In this document: in pieces, positions 12,484-25,147 of the stretch | Position numbering within the stretch: the first letter of the stretch is position 1 | Layout of the letters: every line of letters starts with the position of its first letter | Assembly: GCF_006345805.1 (NCBI RefSeq) | Contig: NC_043007.1 | Location: forward strand, 40,114,001 to 40,178,000 | Length of the DNA stretch: 64,000 nt | Direction of reading: 5' to 3' | Source of the DNA: Octopus sinensis | Lineage: Eukaryota | Notes under the pieces: model-generated | The model's input: only the letters and a program-made list of their open reading frames with translations | Database searches by the model: none | What the model was told of the DNA's origin: nothing | Program-made: the position numbers and the translations under genes

Positions 12484-12489
12484 TATCTA

Positions 12490-12523
<34 letters not shown>

Positions 12524-12767
12524 CGTCTGTCTGTCAGTATCTACCTGGCTGTCTGTTCGTCTGTTTGTATCTAACTGGTTTACTGTCCGTTCGTCTGTCT
12601 ATCTATCTATCTATCTATCTATCTGTCTGTCTGTGCGTACGTACATACATACATAAATAAATACATACATACATACATGCATGCATACATACATACATAC
12701 ATACATACATACATACATACATACATACATACATACATACATACATACATGCATATATACGCATATA

Positions 12768-14010
12768 CGAAATGCATTCCAGAAGTTTTGGGACTTTTTT
12801 CAAGAGCAGCAGTTATAATTGACCGAGAATATTGTAATTTTATGGGTGGTACATCATTACTGTACATCTTATATGGTGTCACTGCAAATTGAAGGGAACG
12901 GCTGTTACAGTGCTCTGAACACACCCTACTGTTAACTGCTTGCCATAGCTGAATAGCGAGCAGAATGCAGTTGGGGCATGAAGACAAATTGGAAACCTGC
13001 TATGCAAAAAGGTTTTGTCTTTAACTGGGCAGAAACGCTATAGAATCTCATGAAATGCTTATCGATTAATTTTCATGAACCGAGGATATGTTTTTCGGCT
13101 TGGTAAAGTAAGCCCGCCGGGAAGCCCATGAGGATCCCTTTTCGACAATAAGGGCATTTTTCTTTTTTGTTTTTTTTCTCTTTTACTTGTTTCACTCATT
13201 TGACCGCGGCCATACTGGAGCACCGCCTTTAGTCGAGCAAATCGACCCGAGGACTTATTCTTTGGAAGCATGGTACTTATTTTATCGGTCTCTTTAACCG
13301 AACCGCTAAGTTACGGGGACGTAAACACACCACCATCGGTTGTCAAGCGATGCTGGGGGAGGGACAAACACACACACACACATACATATATACGACAGGC
13401 TTCTTTCAGTTTCCGTCTACCAAATCCACTAACAAGGCTTTGGTCGGTCCGAGGCTATAGTAGAAGACACTTGCCCAAGGTACCACGCAGTGGCACTGAA
13501 CCCGGAACCATGTGGTTCGTAAGCAAGCTGCCTACCACACAGTCACCTCTGCGCATTGACTACATTCAGTGAGTTTCTATAGGCCATACGATCAACAAAA
13601 AGCGCTTTCTAGTGATTTTGATTTTGATGGGGTTCAGGAAGTGATTTCGTCTCTCGGGTCCGTGGTAGCTGCACCAGGACAAATCACTAGTAAACAATTC
13701 CATCCTGGTAACCAATTACTTGACAGTGATGGGTATGAAAGATGTTCCTCATCCCCCATGCAGTCCTGATCTCGCTCCTTGTGACTTTTGATTGTTCTCC
13801 AGGCTGAAGGAGACGAAAGAGGCTGTGACAAGGGTCATAGAGACTTCCATTTTGAAACAGCTTCTACGAAGCCTTCATGAAGTAATCGAAGCGTTACAAG
13901 TGCATTCAAGTTAGGGGATCCTACTTCGAAGGAGATGAGAATTTTGTATTCTTTTGATATTAATAAATGTCTCTCCTGAAAAAGTCTAAAAATTCCAGAA
14001 TGCAATTTTG
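12768..14010 (+). mobile_element. Internally deleted mariner with TIRs and TA TSD; family A SINE nested at 13178-13554
   Basis: Left TA-CGAAATGCATTCCAGAAGTTTTGGGACTTTTT, right AAAAAGTCTAAAAATTCCAGAATGCAATTTTG-TA. Peptide relics ETCYAKRFC..GRNAIESHEML, FDNKGIF and VPHPPCSPDLAPCDF*LFSRLKE. Confidence 0.75.
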
Positions 14011-14024
14011 TATGTATGTATGTG

Positions 14025-14060
<36 letters not shown>

Positions 14061-14295
14061 ATATATATATTCTTTATTTCTTGTACTTGATTGTCATTGA
14101 CTGCGGCCACTTATGGAGTACCGCCTTTAGTCGAAGTAATCGACACCCGTCTTATTCACTGTAAGCTTGGTACTTACAAAAGAAACTTTATCGGATTCTT
14201 TTGCCAAATCGCTAAGTTACGGGGGCGTAAACACATCAACATTGGTTGTCAAGCGATGGTAGGGAGAACTAACACAGATACAAAGATACACTCAC

Positions 14296-14330
<35 letters not shown>

Positions 14331-14487
14331 CGACGGGCTTCTTTCAGTTTCCGTCTACCAAATCTACTAACAAGGCTCAGCCCGAGGCTATAGTAGAAGG
14401 CACTTGCCCAACGTGATACTGAACCCGGAACCATGTGGTTCGGAAGTAAGGTCCTTACCATACAGCCACTCCTTCACCTATATATAC

Positions 14488-14525
<38 letters not shown>

Positions 14526-14620
14526 GTTGTATTTCGGCATCGTCATTTTTTCATTTTTCTTTTTCCATCAAATAAATAGAATAAAGTAAGTGGAGCAAGA
14601 ACACACACGGAAACGAAAAG

Positions 14621-14666
14621 TGTCGCTGAAGAGGTCACAGATGTGTGACGAAAAAATTTCCGGACA
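14621..14666 (+). ncRNA. Minimal type I hammerhead ribozyme-like motif inside an inverted-repeat element (14525-14801)
   Basis: ugucg-CUGAAGA-G-GUCACA-gaug-UGUGAC-GAAA-aaauu-UC-cggaca. Core intact; stem I is about 3 bp, extendable with a bulge. Confidence 0.55.
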
Positions 14667-15415
14667 ACACACATGAGTTAAAATAATAAAATAAGAACAG
14701 CAATAAACAAGTGAAGAAAAAATATATCGTGCGTGTGTTTATCTAGCAAAAAGAAAAAGAAAAAAAGAAAGAAAGAAAAATGACCATCCCGAAATACAAC
14801 AATATCTTTCAACATACGATTTCACATCAGTAATCTTGCAAAACGAATTAATAAACGTATATATATATGTATGTGTGGAGGCGCGTGGCTTAGTGGTTAG
14901 GGTGTCAGCATCATGATCGTAAGATTGTGGTTTCGATTCCTGGACCGGGCGACGCGTTGTGTTCTTGAGCAAAACACTTCATTTCACGTTGCTCCAGTCC
15001 ACTCAGCTGGCAAAAATGAGTAATGCTGCGATGGACTGGCATCCCGTCCAGCTGGGGAACACATACGCCATAGAAACCGGGAAACCGGGCCCATGAGCCT
15101 GGCTAGGCTTTAAAAGGGTGTATTTATTATTTTTTTTAGAGAGATTGAGAGAGGGGGCAGTCAGGATTTTGGATTATCTTTTATTAGAGCCTTCGTTCGT
15201 CTAAGTGAACTCTTAAAGAAAAGCGAAACCCATTTTTCTTGAAGAGTTCGGTTAAACGAGCGAAATTGCTCATAAAGAATTATCCAAAATTCTGGCTGCC
15301 TCTTTTTCTTAATATACAATATCTGTACAACACTTCAAACATACTATACACACATACACACACACACACATATATAAGAATGAGTAAATATTCAAAATAA
15401 ATACTCGTAAAGATG

Positions 15416-15468
<53 letters not shown>

Positions 15469-15545
15469 CAGGGGCAAATCTAAATAAGTGGTAAGAATAA
15501 CATTAGTAAGAGCAAGCGACATTAGTATTAAACAGCTATTTCCTG

Positions 15546-15720
15546 ATTATATTAGCGGGCACACAAAACAAAAGCTTGCTAGAGAGTGGAAGTGAAAACC
15601 TCCAACTTTACCGCTAATCTCACTGAAAAGTACATGCTTTCAGTGAGATTAGTGGTTAATCTGGAGGTTTTTACTTCCACTCTCTAGCAAGCTGGTGTTT
15701 CGCGTGCCCTCTAATATAAT
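15546..15720. mobile_element. Palindromic MITE-like hairpin (175 bp)
   Basis: Arms attatattagcgggcac..ctcactgaaa and tttcagtgag..gtgccctctaatataat around a 9-nt loop agtacatgc. Confidence 0.75.
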
Positions 15721-16194
15721 TAAGTGTGAGAACAAACATCTATCTTTTACTTGTTTCAGTCATCAGACTGCGGCCATGCTGGGGTACCGCCTTGGAGAAT
15801 TTATAGAATATACGACGGTCTTCTTTCAGTTCCGTCTACCAAATCCGCTCACAAGGCTTTGGTCGGCCCGAGTTATTGTAGAAAGACACTTGCCCAAGGT
15901 GCACGCAGTGGGACTGTACCCGATATATATATATATATATATTATAATATATATATATATATTATATATACAAATTGAGATAGGGGTTGTAAATGCAACC
16001 CTCTATGGGATAACGTATATCCAATATACTGCTAGTGAAGTACCCAACAAAGTTAATACATAAATGTTAATGATTGCGATGCAATCAATTCATACTGTAT
16101 ATATGGGCAAAGGTAAAATGATTTACCACAAATTACTAATACAAGATAGAAAATGGAGAGAAAAAATATATATATATACGACAATTACAATATA

Positions 16195-16312
16195 TATAAG
16201 AGGGAATTTACCACTATGTGGAAACCCTTATGCTAGACGAACATCCGCTATGGTCTTATGGATCTTCTTCTAGCGTAAGGGTTTCCACATAGTCATAAAT
16301 CCCCTTTTATAT
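16195..16312. mobile_element. Palindromic MITE-like hairpin (about 118 bp)
   Basis: tataagagggaatttaccactatgtggaaacccttatgctaga pairs with tctagcgtaagggtttccacatagtcataaatccccttttata. Confidence 0.7.
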
Positions 16313-16453
16313 GTATGTAATACTATTTACTGAACCCTTTTATATGCTAGACCACTAGTGTTAAAATTGATGTTATCAATATCCAATTTTTCACCCTCAT
16401 TTTAATTTTATATATATAATATATATATATATATAATATATATATATATATAA

Positions 16454-16625
16454 TATATTATATATATATACACTTTATTTAAAAGCTGCAGAAATAAACA
16501 AAAGCTATTACTCAGAGTTTCACAACAGCTTTTGTTATATTTCTGCTGCTTTTAAATAAAGCAGTTTACTCTACCTCTGGTACTTGAGTACTCTTTTTTT
16601 CCACCTTGTTTCACATTTATGTGTG
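16454..16625 (-). mobile_element. Internally deleted copy of the palindromic element at 55105-55298
   Basis: Shares ctttatttaaaagc..gagtttcac and gagtactcttttttccaccttgtttcacatttatgtg; the central hammerhead segment is missing. Confidence 0.7.
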
Positions 16626-17119
16626 TTTATATACATACACACATACACACACATGCATATATATATATGTGTGTATATACACACTCACATTACATTGATT
16701 TTTTAAGATTGAATCTTCTGGCGTAAGTAACAGGTGTTACTCCTCAAATGTGTTTGTGTGTGTTTCTGAATGCCAGGTAACTCTTAATGGTACTTGTAAT
16801 ATGTAATCCTATTCAGCCGCTCGCATATTCGGGTCACCGCCGACTAAACTGGCAACCCTTCAATGCCCGATTGATGCGATGGGTGATTTTCCGTGGACAC
16901 CCTGAAAAGCCTATCAACGGGGCTGATGAACTAGGTAGAGTCAACGACCATCCGACAGCTAGAAGTGAGAGACCCCTAAAACTTTGTTTAGACATCTTAT
17001 TTGAAGAAAGAAAACTTTGATGTATCTACCTGCGACTTCGTAACATCCAATGATGCAGACGTCCTTTTTGGGCAAATTCATCCATTGTTTAGACGGTTGG
17101 AATGATCTTGTGCAAGGCC

Positions 17120-17572
17120 TTCTTATTTCTTTATTGTCCACAGGGAGTTAAACATAGAGGGGACAAACAAGGACAGACAAAGGGATCACATCGACTCCAG
17201 TGCGTAACTGGTACTTAATTTATCGAACCCCGAAAGGATGAAAGGCAAAGTCGACCTCAGCGGAATTTGAACACAGAACGTAACGGCAGACGAAATACCT
17301 ATTTCTTTACTACCCACAAGGGGCTAAACACTGAGAGGACAAACAAGGACAGACAAACGGATTAAGTCGATTATATCGATCCCAGTGCGTAACTGGTACT
17401 TAATTTATCGACCCCCGAAAGGATGAAAGGCAAAGTCGACCTCGGCGATCCTTTCGGGGTCGATTAAATAAGTACCAGTTACGCACTGGGGTCGCTGTAA
17501 TCGACTTAATCCGTTTGTCTGTCCTTGTTTGTCCTCTCTGTGTTTAACCCCTTGTGGGTAATAGAGAAATAG
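17120..17572. mobile_element. Family B SINE dimer (minus) plus an inverted partial copy forming a hairpin
   Basis: Family B body gtcgactttgcctttcatcctttcggggtcga..aagtaccagttacgcactgggg; inversion junction at 17447/17448. Confidence 0.85.
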
Positions 17573-18095
17573 CTTCTTTCAGTTTCCGTCAACCAGGTCC
17601 ACTCACAAGCCTTTGGTTGGCCAGAGGCTGTAGCAGAAGACATTTGACTAAGGTGCTATGCAGTGGGACTGAACTCGGAACCAAGCTTCTTACCACACTG
17701 CCACGCGCGTATCTCCATTTCTCAGAATCGAGTTGCAGTCATCACGTATATACTGTATGAATGAAACGAAGATGATTCATGAGAAAAACTCAACAACAAT
17801 CGACAACTAGGGATACATTAAATATCATAAAAGATGATTTTTTTTTTATTTATTGAAATTATCTCCAAATCCAGAGAAGGTAGAAAAATCGCTTGGTGGC
17901 AATTTGGACCAATACCAAAGGAAAATAGGAAGGCATCTTATGGGTTAAGAATTCTACCAAATTAAATGCCGTCACAGACAAAAAAATTAGTCTGACTGCC
18001 TAGAGCTGTTGTGAATTGTTTCTGCCTCAGTAGACTTCATCGCAGCACAGCAGATACCCGACCTTGGTTCCAGTAGAAACGATTGCACTTAGGTG

Positions 18096-18151
<56 letters not shown>

Positions 18152-18586
18152 GTGTGTGTGTGTGTGGTGTGTGTGTGCATTAGTATATATATATATGCAT
18201 TAGTATATATGATATATATATATGTGTGTGTGTGTGTGCATTAGTATATATATATATGCATTAGTATATATGATATATGCATGTGTGTGTAAGTGGGTTT
18301 GTATTTATACCAGTGTTGTGTAGCATATGATGAATAGCTTCGGAAGTGTGTTTTTGCTAGAGTGAGTAACATCAAAAAATATACCCTACATGCAATAAAT
18401 ATAATTTAACTTTTATTTAATTTCTTGCTACTTACACAAAATGCTGAGATGAATAGTAATTTTTAAGAGAAAAAATATTTATTACTTTAAAATAAAATTG
18501 GATAAAAGCAGATATCTGATTTGAATAGCTCCTCTCACAGCTACTCATTCGCTAATGTTTCCTCTCTTCCTCGTTGTCCTCTGTTG

Positions 18587-18619
<33 letters not shown>

Positions 18620-19062
18620 TCTCTCTCCCTCTCTCCCTTTCCCTATCTCTCCCCTACCCTCCTCTGTCGCTCTCTGTCTTCACTCGTCTGTTCCACTTCT
18701 GTGAACTCTCTTCTGTAACTCTCTTTTATTCTGTAACTTCTGTAACTCTCTTTTATTCGCTCTCTCCCCTCTGCTTCTATACGATGTAACGCAAAGCATA
18801 GCTAGTGAATCAACCGACCAACCAACTAAAAATTATATCACCTATTACACACACACACACTAACACTAACACACACACTAACCCACGCACACACACATAC
18901 AAATAGATAGATAGATGTTCGACAGGCTTCTTTTCAGTTTCCGTCTACCAAATCCACTCGCATGGCTTCGGTCGGCCCGAAGATATAAAAGAAGACACGT
19001 GCCCAAGGTGCCACGCAGTGGGTCTGAACCCGGAACCATGTGGCTGGGAAGTAAACTTCTTA

Positions 19063-19510
19063 TTTCTTTATTGCCCATAAGGGGCTAAACATAGAGGGGA
19101 CAAGCAAGGACAGACGAAGGGATTAAGTCGATTACATCGGCGTAACTGGTGCGTAACTGGTACTTTATTTTTGTGCGTAACTGGTACTTTATTTTTCGAC
19201 CCCGAAAGGATGAAAGGCAAAGTCGACCTCGACGGAATTTGAACTCGGAACGTAGTGGCAGACGAAATACCTATTTCTATTTCTTTACTACCCACAAGGG
19301 ACTAAACACAGAGAGGACGAACAAGGACAGACAAACGGATTAAGTCGATTACATCGATCCCAGTGCATAACTTTTACATAATTTATCGACCCCGAAAGGA
19401 TGAAAGGCAAAGTCGACCTCGGCGGAATTTGAACTCAGAACGTAACGGCAGCCGAAATACCGATAAACATTTCGCCCGGCGTGCTAATGATTTTGCCAGC
19501 TCGCCGCCTT
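19063..19510 (-). mobile_element. Family B SINE multimer inserted into the head of a family A SINE
   Basis: CTTCTTA duplicated at 19056-62 and 19508-14; the family A head resumes after it (ccacacagtcactcctgc). Confidence 0.8.
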
Positions 19511-19924
19511 CTTACCACACAGTCACTCCTGCACACACACACACACACATACACACACGCAAGTACACACAGACACACACACATGTTCTTATACAGGACC
19601 AGTTTTAAGCCAATTAGACAGATTTCTTCAATTTGGGCCCACTCGCTCGAGCGGATAAATGAAACATTTCCTAATTTTTTTTTTATTGCTTTGAGGATTT
19701 ACTTAAAAATACTCGCAAATGTCGCATCAATCGAAAGAAGATTTTTTTTCTAAACTAAAACTGATTAATCTAGGGTCAACAATTTCTCAAGAGAGACTAA
19801 ATAATTTGGCGATGAAAATGGCACTACAAAACCATTGACTTTGAAATGATTTTGAAAGACTTCTCATAAAAAAAGCCAGAAAAGTTTGTTTTTAGAAGGC
19901 CTATTCATACAAGTTATATCACTA

Positions 19925-20316
19925 ACTAGCAGTATCACCCGGCGTTGCTCGGGTTTGTTTCGACCCTTTAGAATTGGAATTTTTGAAAAGTAAAAATTTT
20001 GCATTATGTACCTTGCTATTCTCTTTAAGTGGACATTTTTCTCGTTGAAATACACCGAAAAATGGCGACACAGCTGTAAAAAAATCGTAAAAAATAGGGA
20101 CTTTCATAGAAAAAAAGCACCTTTTTGATGTAAATAATTTTTTGTCTTAATATGGTCCAATTTGAATTTTATCTACTACGGAATGAAGAGCAAGCCTTCT
20201 TCTATCATACTCTCAATTTTGGTCAATTTGCGCCGCAGGGTCTCGGAGGAGATAGTGTTAGTTGAAGGCTACCAAACCTGCCACACGCAGACAATTTCAG
20301 CTTTATACATATAGAT
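19925..20316 (+). mobile_element. Helitron/Helentron-like non-autonomous element
   Basis: Starts ACTAGC..CCCGGCGTTGCTCGGG (hairpin) and ends ctttatacatatagat. Close second copy at 32610-33006; a truncated head at about 25775. Confidence 0.65.
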
Positions 20317-20652
20317 TATCTTGACTTGTAATAAAACATTAAAACTTTCATAGTGGCTAATGATAGAGCCTAAAGCTCTCAACGTTTTGGGGCTGGGACT
20401 GGCGTACTACATGAAGCATAAAACATAATCTTCAGTTTTTGAAGAGTTGAGGGCCTCACTGACAATTCTGTAATTGGGTCTAATAGGGCCCTGCACTTCC
20501 TAGTGTTGGCCGTGTCCCTATATATCCTCTAACCTCTTTCTCTCATATCCGTTACATAACTCTCCCTATTTTTGCAACTAGAGAAGTCATATGTCTCTTC
20601 TTCAGGCAGATGTACCTTCTTCTATCGTACTTTCATCTCCCTCAATACTATA

Positions 20653-21071
20653 GATATTTCTTTACTACCCACAAGGGGCTAAACACAGAGACGACAAACA
20701 AGGACAGACAAACGGATTAAGTCGATTATATCGACTCCAGTGCGTAACTGGTACTTATTTAATCGACCCCGAAAGGATGAAAGGCAAAGTCGACCTCGGT
20801 AGAATTTGAACTCACAACGTAACGGCAGGCGAAATACCTATTTCTTTACTACCCACAAGGGGCTAAACACAGAGGAGACAAACAAGGACAGACAGACGGA
20901 TTAAGTCGATTATATCGACCCCAGGGAGTAACTGGTCCTTAATTTATCGACCCCGAAAGGATGAAAGGCAAAGTCGACTTCGGCGGAATTTGAACTCAGA
21001 ACGTAACGGCAGACGAAATACGGCTACGCATTTCGCCCGGCGTGCTAACGTTTCTGCCAGCTCGCCGCCTT
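20653..21071 (-). mobile_element. Family B tRNA-derived SINE dimer with 13-bp TSD
   Basis: TSD CCTCAATACTATA at 20640-52 and 21072-84; head aaggcggcgagctggcagaaacgttagcacgccgggcg. Other family B copies at 4560-4710, 21995-22290, 22320-22560, 26103-26337 (TSD AGAAATATGTGATA), 27879-28097 (TSD GGATATATTAA), 43055-43270 and 44450-44670. Confidence 0.9.
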
Positions 21072-21084
21072 CCTCAATACTATA

Positions 21085-21340
21085 CCACCATTCAGTTGAG
21101 GTGTCTCGTCTTGCGAGTTATTTAGTGCTACCGTGTGGCCACGAAAAAAACAAACGCATCTAGTAGACTCTGTAAAGTAGCTGGCGTTAGGAAGGGCATC
21201 CATCCAGCTGTAGAAACCACGCCAAAGCAGATAGTGGAGTGGGACGAAGTCCTTCAGCGTGTCAGTTCTTGTCGAAACTGTCCAACCTGTGCCAGCATGA
21301 AAAATGAACATTAAACGACGGCTACAATGATGACGATGAT
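21085..21340 (+). mobile_element. Repeat with an RTE-type 3' tail ending in (GAT)n
   Basis: gcgttaggaagggcatccatccagctgtagaaacc..tgtccaacctgtgccagcatgaaaaatgaacattaaa..gatgacgatgat. Confidence 0.5.
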
Positions 21341-23399
21341 GTACATATATATGGCAGTCTCTCCTGTCTAGAACGATGTATGAATGTTCAGAAACCGCCA
21401 GCAACATATTTTACCTGTTTTGCTGTCCTTGACATCATTGCCTCAGGACTTTTATAAAAAAACAAAAATTTTAATTTAAAAAAAAAATTTCTAAATAAAC
21501 ATCATGACAACAGTTGTTACTGAACATCTGCTCAAAGAGTATATTTTGAATGGAGACCTACCCTTTCAATTGGAGCACAATGTGTCACTTACCCGATACA
21601 AAAGTACCGTGCTACGGGGGGTATAAATGCAAAACCAAATCGGATCGATTGTGATCTTCATTATTATCGCAGTCGAAAATCATATTTGAAATTTCACTTG
21701 GTGGAGTTGCATGTTTACAAGTTCGTTTTGCAACCATGTAGTTTCGAGTTCAAGTCCCACTGCGCAGCACCTAGAGCAAGTAAGTGTCTTCTATTTATAG
21801 CTCCTTGTGAGGGAATTTGGTAGACGGAAGCAGTGTGGAAACCTGTTGTACATACATACATACATACATACATACATACATACATACATACAAATATATA
21901 CATGTGTGCGCGCGCGTGATCTTCTCTTTTTAATCTTAGAGTAAATTTTCACCTGCCACACACTTGGTAACAAAGTTGTGAAGTAAATTATCTTCTTGCT
22001 TCTTTATTGCCCACGAGGGGCTAAACATAGAGAAAACAAACAAGGACAGACAAACGGATTAAGTCAATTACATCGACCGCAGTGCGTAACTGGTACTTAA
22101 TTTATCGAACCCCGAAAGGATGAAAGGCAAAGCCGACCTCGACGGAATTTGAACACAGAACGTAACGGCAGACGAAATACCTATTTCTTTACTACCCACA
22201 AGGGGCTAAACACAAAGAGGACAAACAAGGACAGACAAACGGATTAAGTCGGTTATATCGACCCCAGGGCATAACTGGTACTTAATTTATCATTATTTTA
22301 AAAACTAATTGAAACAAAGACAGCATTTGTCAACAGAAATACGGTAACAAAGGGTTTCAAATTTTGACACAAGGCCACCAGTTTTGGGGGCGGGGGTGGG
22401 CTAAGTCGATTACATCGACCCAGTGCTCAACTGGTACTGATCTTATCGCCTCTAAAAGGATAAAAGGTAAAGTCAACCTCTGCGAAATTTGAACTCAGAA
22501 CGTAAAGCGTTAAGAATTTTGCCCTGCGTGCTAACGTTTCTCCCAGTTCGCCGCCTTACGCTTAAAAAAAGTGTTACAAAATATTTAAGTACCGGTGTCA
22601 ATTTCTTCGACTTAACCCTTCAAGGTGGTGCCCCAGAATGGCTGTAGTCCAAGGACTGAAACAAGTAAAAGATAAAACAAAAGATATGAAAACCGCAGTG
22701 GTTTTCAGACACAAAAGGAATACAACGAAATAGCATATATAAATCACGTAATGTGACGTAACGGACCATCTGCTACCATGGTTGAGATCTTTGATAAAAC
22801 CAGTAAAATCCTGCTTAATTAGAGCAGGGCACATGACGTAGCTTCGTCGGGAGATTTTCCAAGGTAATACGTACCTATTCCGTTATAATTGCTGTTATAT
22901 AGTTGTAGGCCGTATATTGGGTTCTTCTTTCATTTCGAAGGGGTCTGGATTTTGTCCAACTCGGTTTTTAGTAACCATCTTCATCACCTTAAATTGGTAG
23001 TGCGGAGGCACATGGCCTAGTGGTTAGAGTAGCGAACTCGCGATCGAGGGATCGCGGGTTCGAATCTCAGACCGGGCGATGTGTGTGTTTATGAGCGAAT
23101 CACCTAAGCACCACGCGGCTCCGGCAGAAGGTAATGGCGAACTTTTGCTGACCACAACTTTCTCTCACTCTTTCCTCCTGCATCTTGCAGCTCACCTGCG
23201 ACGGACCGGCGTCCCGTCCAGGTGGAGAACCTATACGCCAAGGAAACCGGGAAACCGACCCTTATGAGCCAGGCATAGCTCCAGAAGGAACAAACAAAAA
23301 CAAATTGGTAGTACTGGCGAAAAAGACAATGAAAAAGTTGTACTGGATTATATATATGCGAGTGGCAGACACATGCGCGCGTACGCATACACACATTCA

Positions 23400-23445
<46 letters not shown>

Positions 23446-23591
23446 CCAGCTGGAGACCCAGCTCAATAATGAGCATGACTAATAAGATTCAAAGGCAAAA
23501 TGACTTTTAAGGCCAGCTGTTTATTTTCAATGTGCATATATATACATAAATTCATACATAAATACAAACATACGTACGTATATACATAAAT

Positions 23592-24350
23592 AAGTAACTG
23601 GCACTTATTTAATCGACCCCGAAAGGATGAAAGGCAAAGTCGACCTCGGCAGAATTTGAACTCAGAACGTAAAGACAGACGAAATACTACTAAGCATTTC
23701 GTCCGACGTGCTAACTTTTCTTTTCTACACTAGGCACAAGGCCCGAAATTTGGGGGGATGGGGCCAGTCGATTAGATCCACCCCGGTACGCAACTGGTAC
23801 TTAATTCATCGACCCCGAAAGGATGAGAGGTAAAGTCGGCTTTGGCGGAATTTGAACTCAGAACGTAAAGACAGACGAAATATCGCTAAACGTTTCGTCC
23901 GACGTGCTAAAGTTTATTTCTTTATTGCCCACAAGGGGCTAAACATAGAGGGGACAAACAAGGACAGACAAAGGGATTAAGTCGATTACATCGACCCCAC
24001 TGCGTAACTGGTAGTTATTTAATCGACCCCGAAAGGATGAAAGGCAAAGTCGACCTCGGCGGTATTTGAACTGAGAACGTAAAGACAGACGAAATACTGC
24101 TAAGCATTTCGCCCGGCGTGCTAACGTTTCTTATTTCTTTACTGCCCACAAGGGGCTACATACAGAGGGGACAAACAAGGACAGACAAACGGATTAAGTC
24201 GATTATACCGACCCCAATGCGTAACTAGTACTTATTTAATCGACCCCGAAAGAGTAAAAGGCAAAGTCGACCTCGGCGGAATTTGAACTCAGACCGTAAA
24301 GACAGACGAAATACTGCTAAGCATTTCGCCCGGCGTGCTAATGTTTCTGT
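23592..24350 (-). mobile_element. Four-unit head-to-tail family B SINE array
   Basis: All four units share the variant cgtaaagacagacgaaata; one unit carries the alternative ggccttgtgcctag tail. Confidence 0.85.
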
Positions 24351-25081
24351 ATAGTCTATAACTGATAAGACAGCTTTTACGTTCTGATCTTTGATACGTT
24401 CGGTAAATCTTCCAATTTGTAAGAATTTTGCGATACTGTTGATCTTCCTGAATTGAAATGCTTTTGGTTTATTCTCAGTAATGGTTCTATATCGGTTCTA
24501 TATGGAAGCATATTCTTAAGAGCAATATTTTGTGGTAGATTTTTCTTAGCTGCAGTAACTAATGCGTCTGTATTATCTAAAATACGTGTGTGTACGTGTG
24601 TCCGGATGTATGTGTATGTGTTGTGCGTGCGTGTGTATGCATATATATGGGTGTTTGTATGTGTGTATATAAGTGTCTGTGTATGTATATGCATGTTCAT
24701 ATATATATATATATATATATATATAATGTGTGTGTGTGTGTATAAATATATATGTGTGGGAGGGGGGAAGAGACAGAACAGAGAGAGAAGATAGATAGAT
24801 AGATAGATGCATACATGAATACATACATAAATGTATGCAATATGTGTGTGTGTATGTCTGTATGTATGTATGTATGTATATATACACATACATATATATA
24901 TATTATGTATGTGTATATATATATATATAGACATACATATACATACTCATATACATTGATATACACACACACACATATATATATATACATATATATGTGT
25001 GTGTATGTATGTATACACACAAATACATATATAAATATGTATGTATATATACACATACATACATATATACTATATATATAT

Positions 25082-25147
<66 letters not shown>

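Noticed and set aside
16895-16945. Type II hammerhead from GAAA (about 16903) and CTGATGA (about 16924)
   Set aside because: Stems II and III do not pair in the required register.
22997-23075. Genuine tRNA-Arg gene
   Set aside because: The tRNA-like head continues into a SINE body, with no intact acceptor stem or poly-T terminator; the same holds for the other SINE heads.
23592-24350. CRISPR-like array
   Set aside because: Eukaryotic SINE concatemer with no unique spacers.
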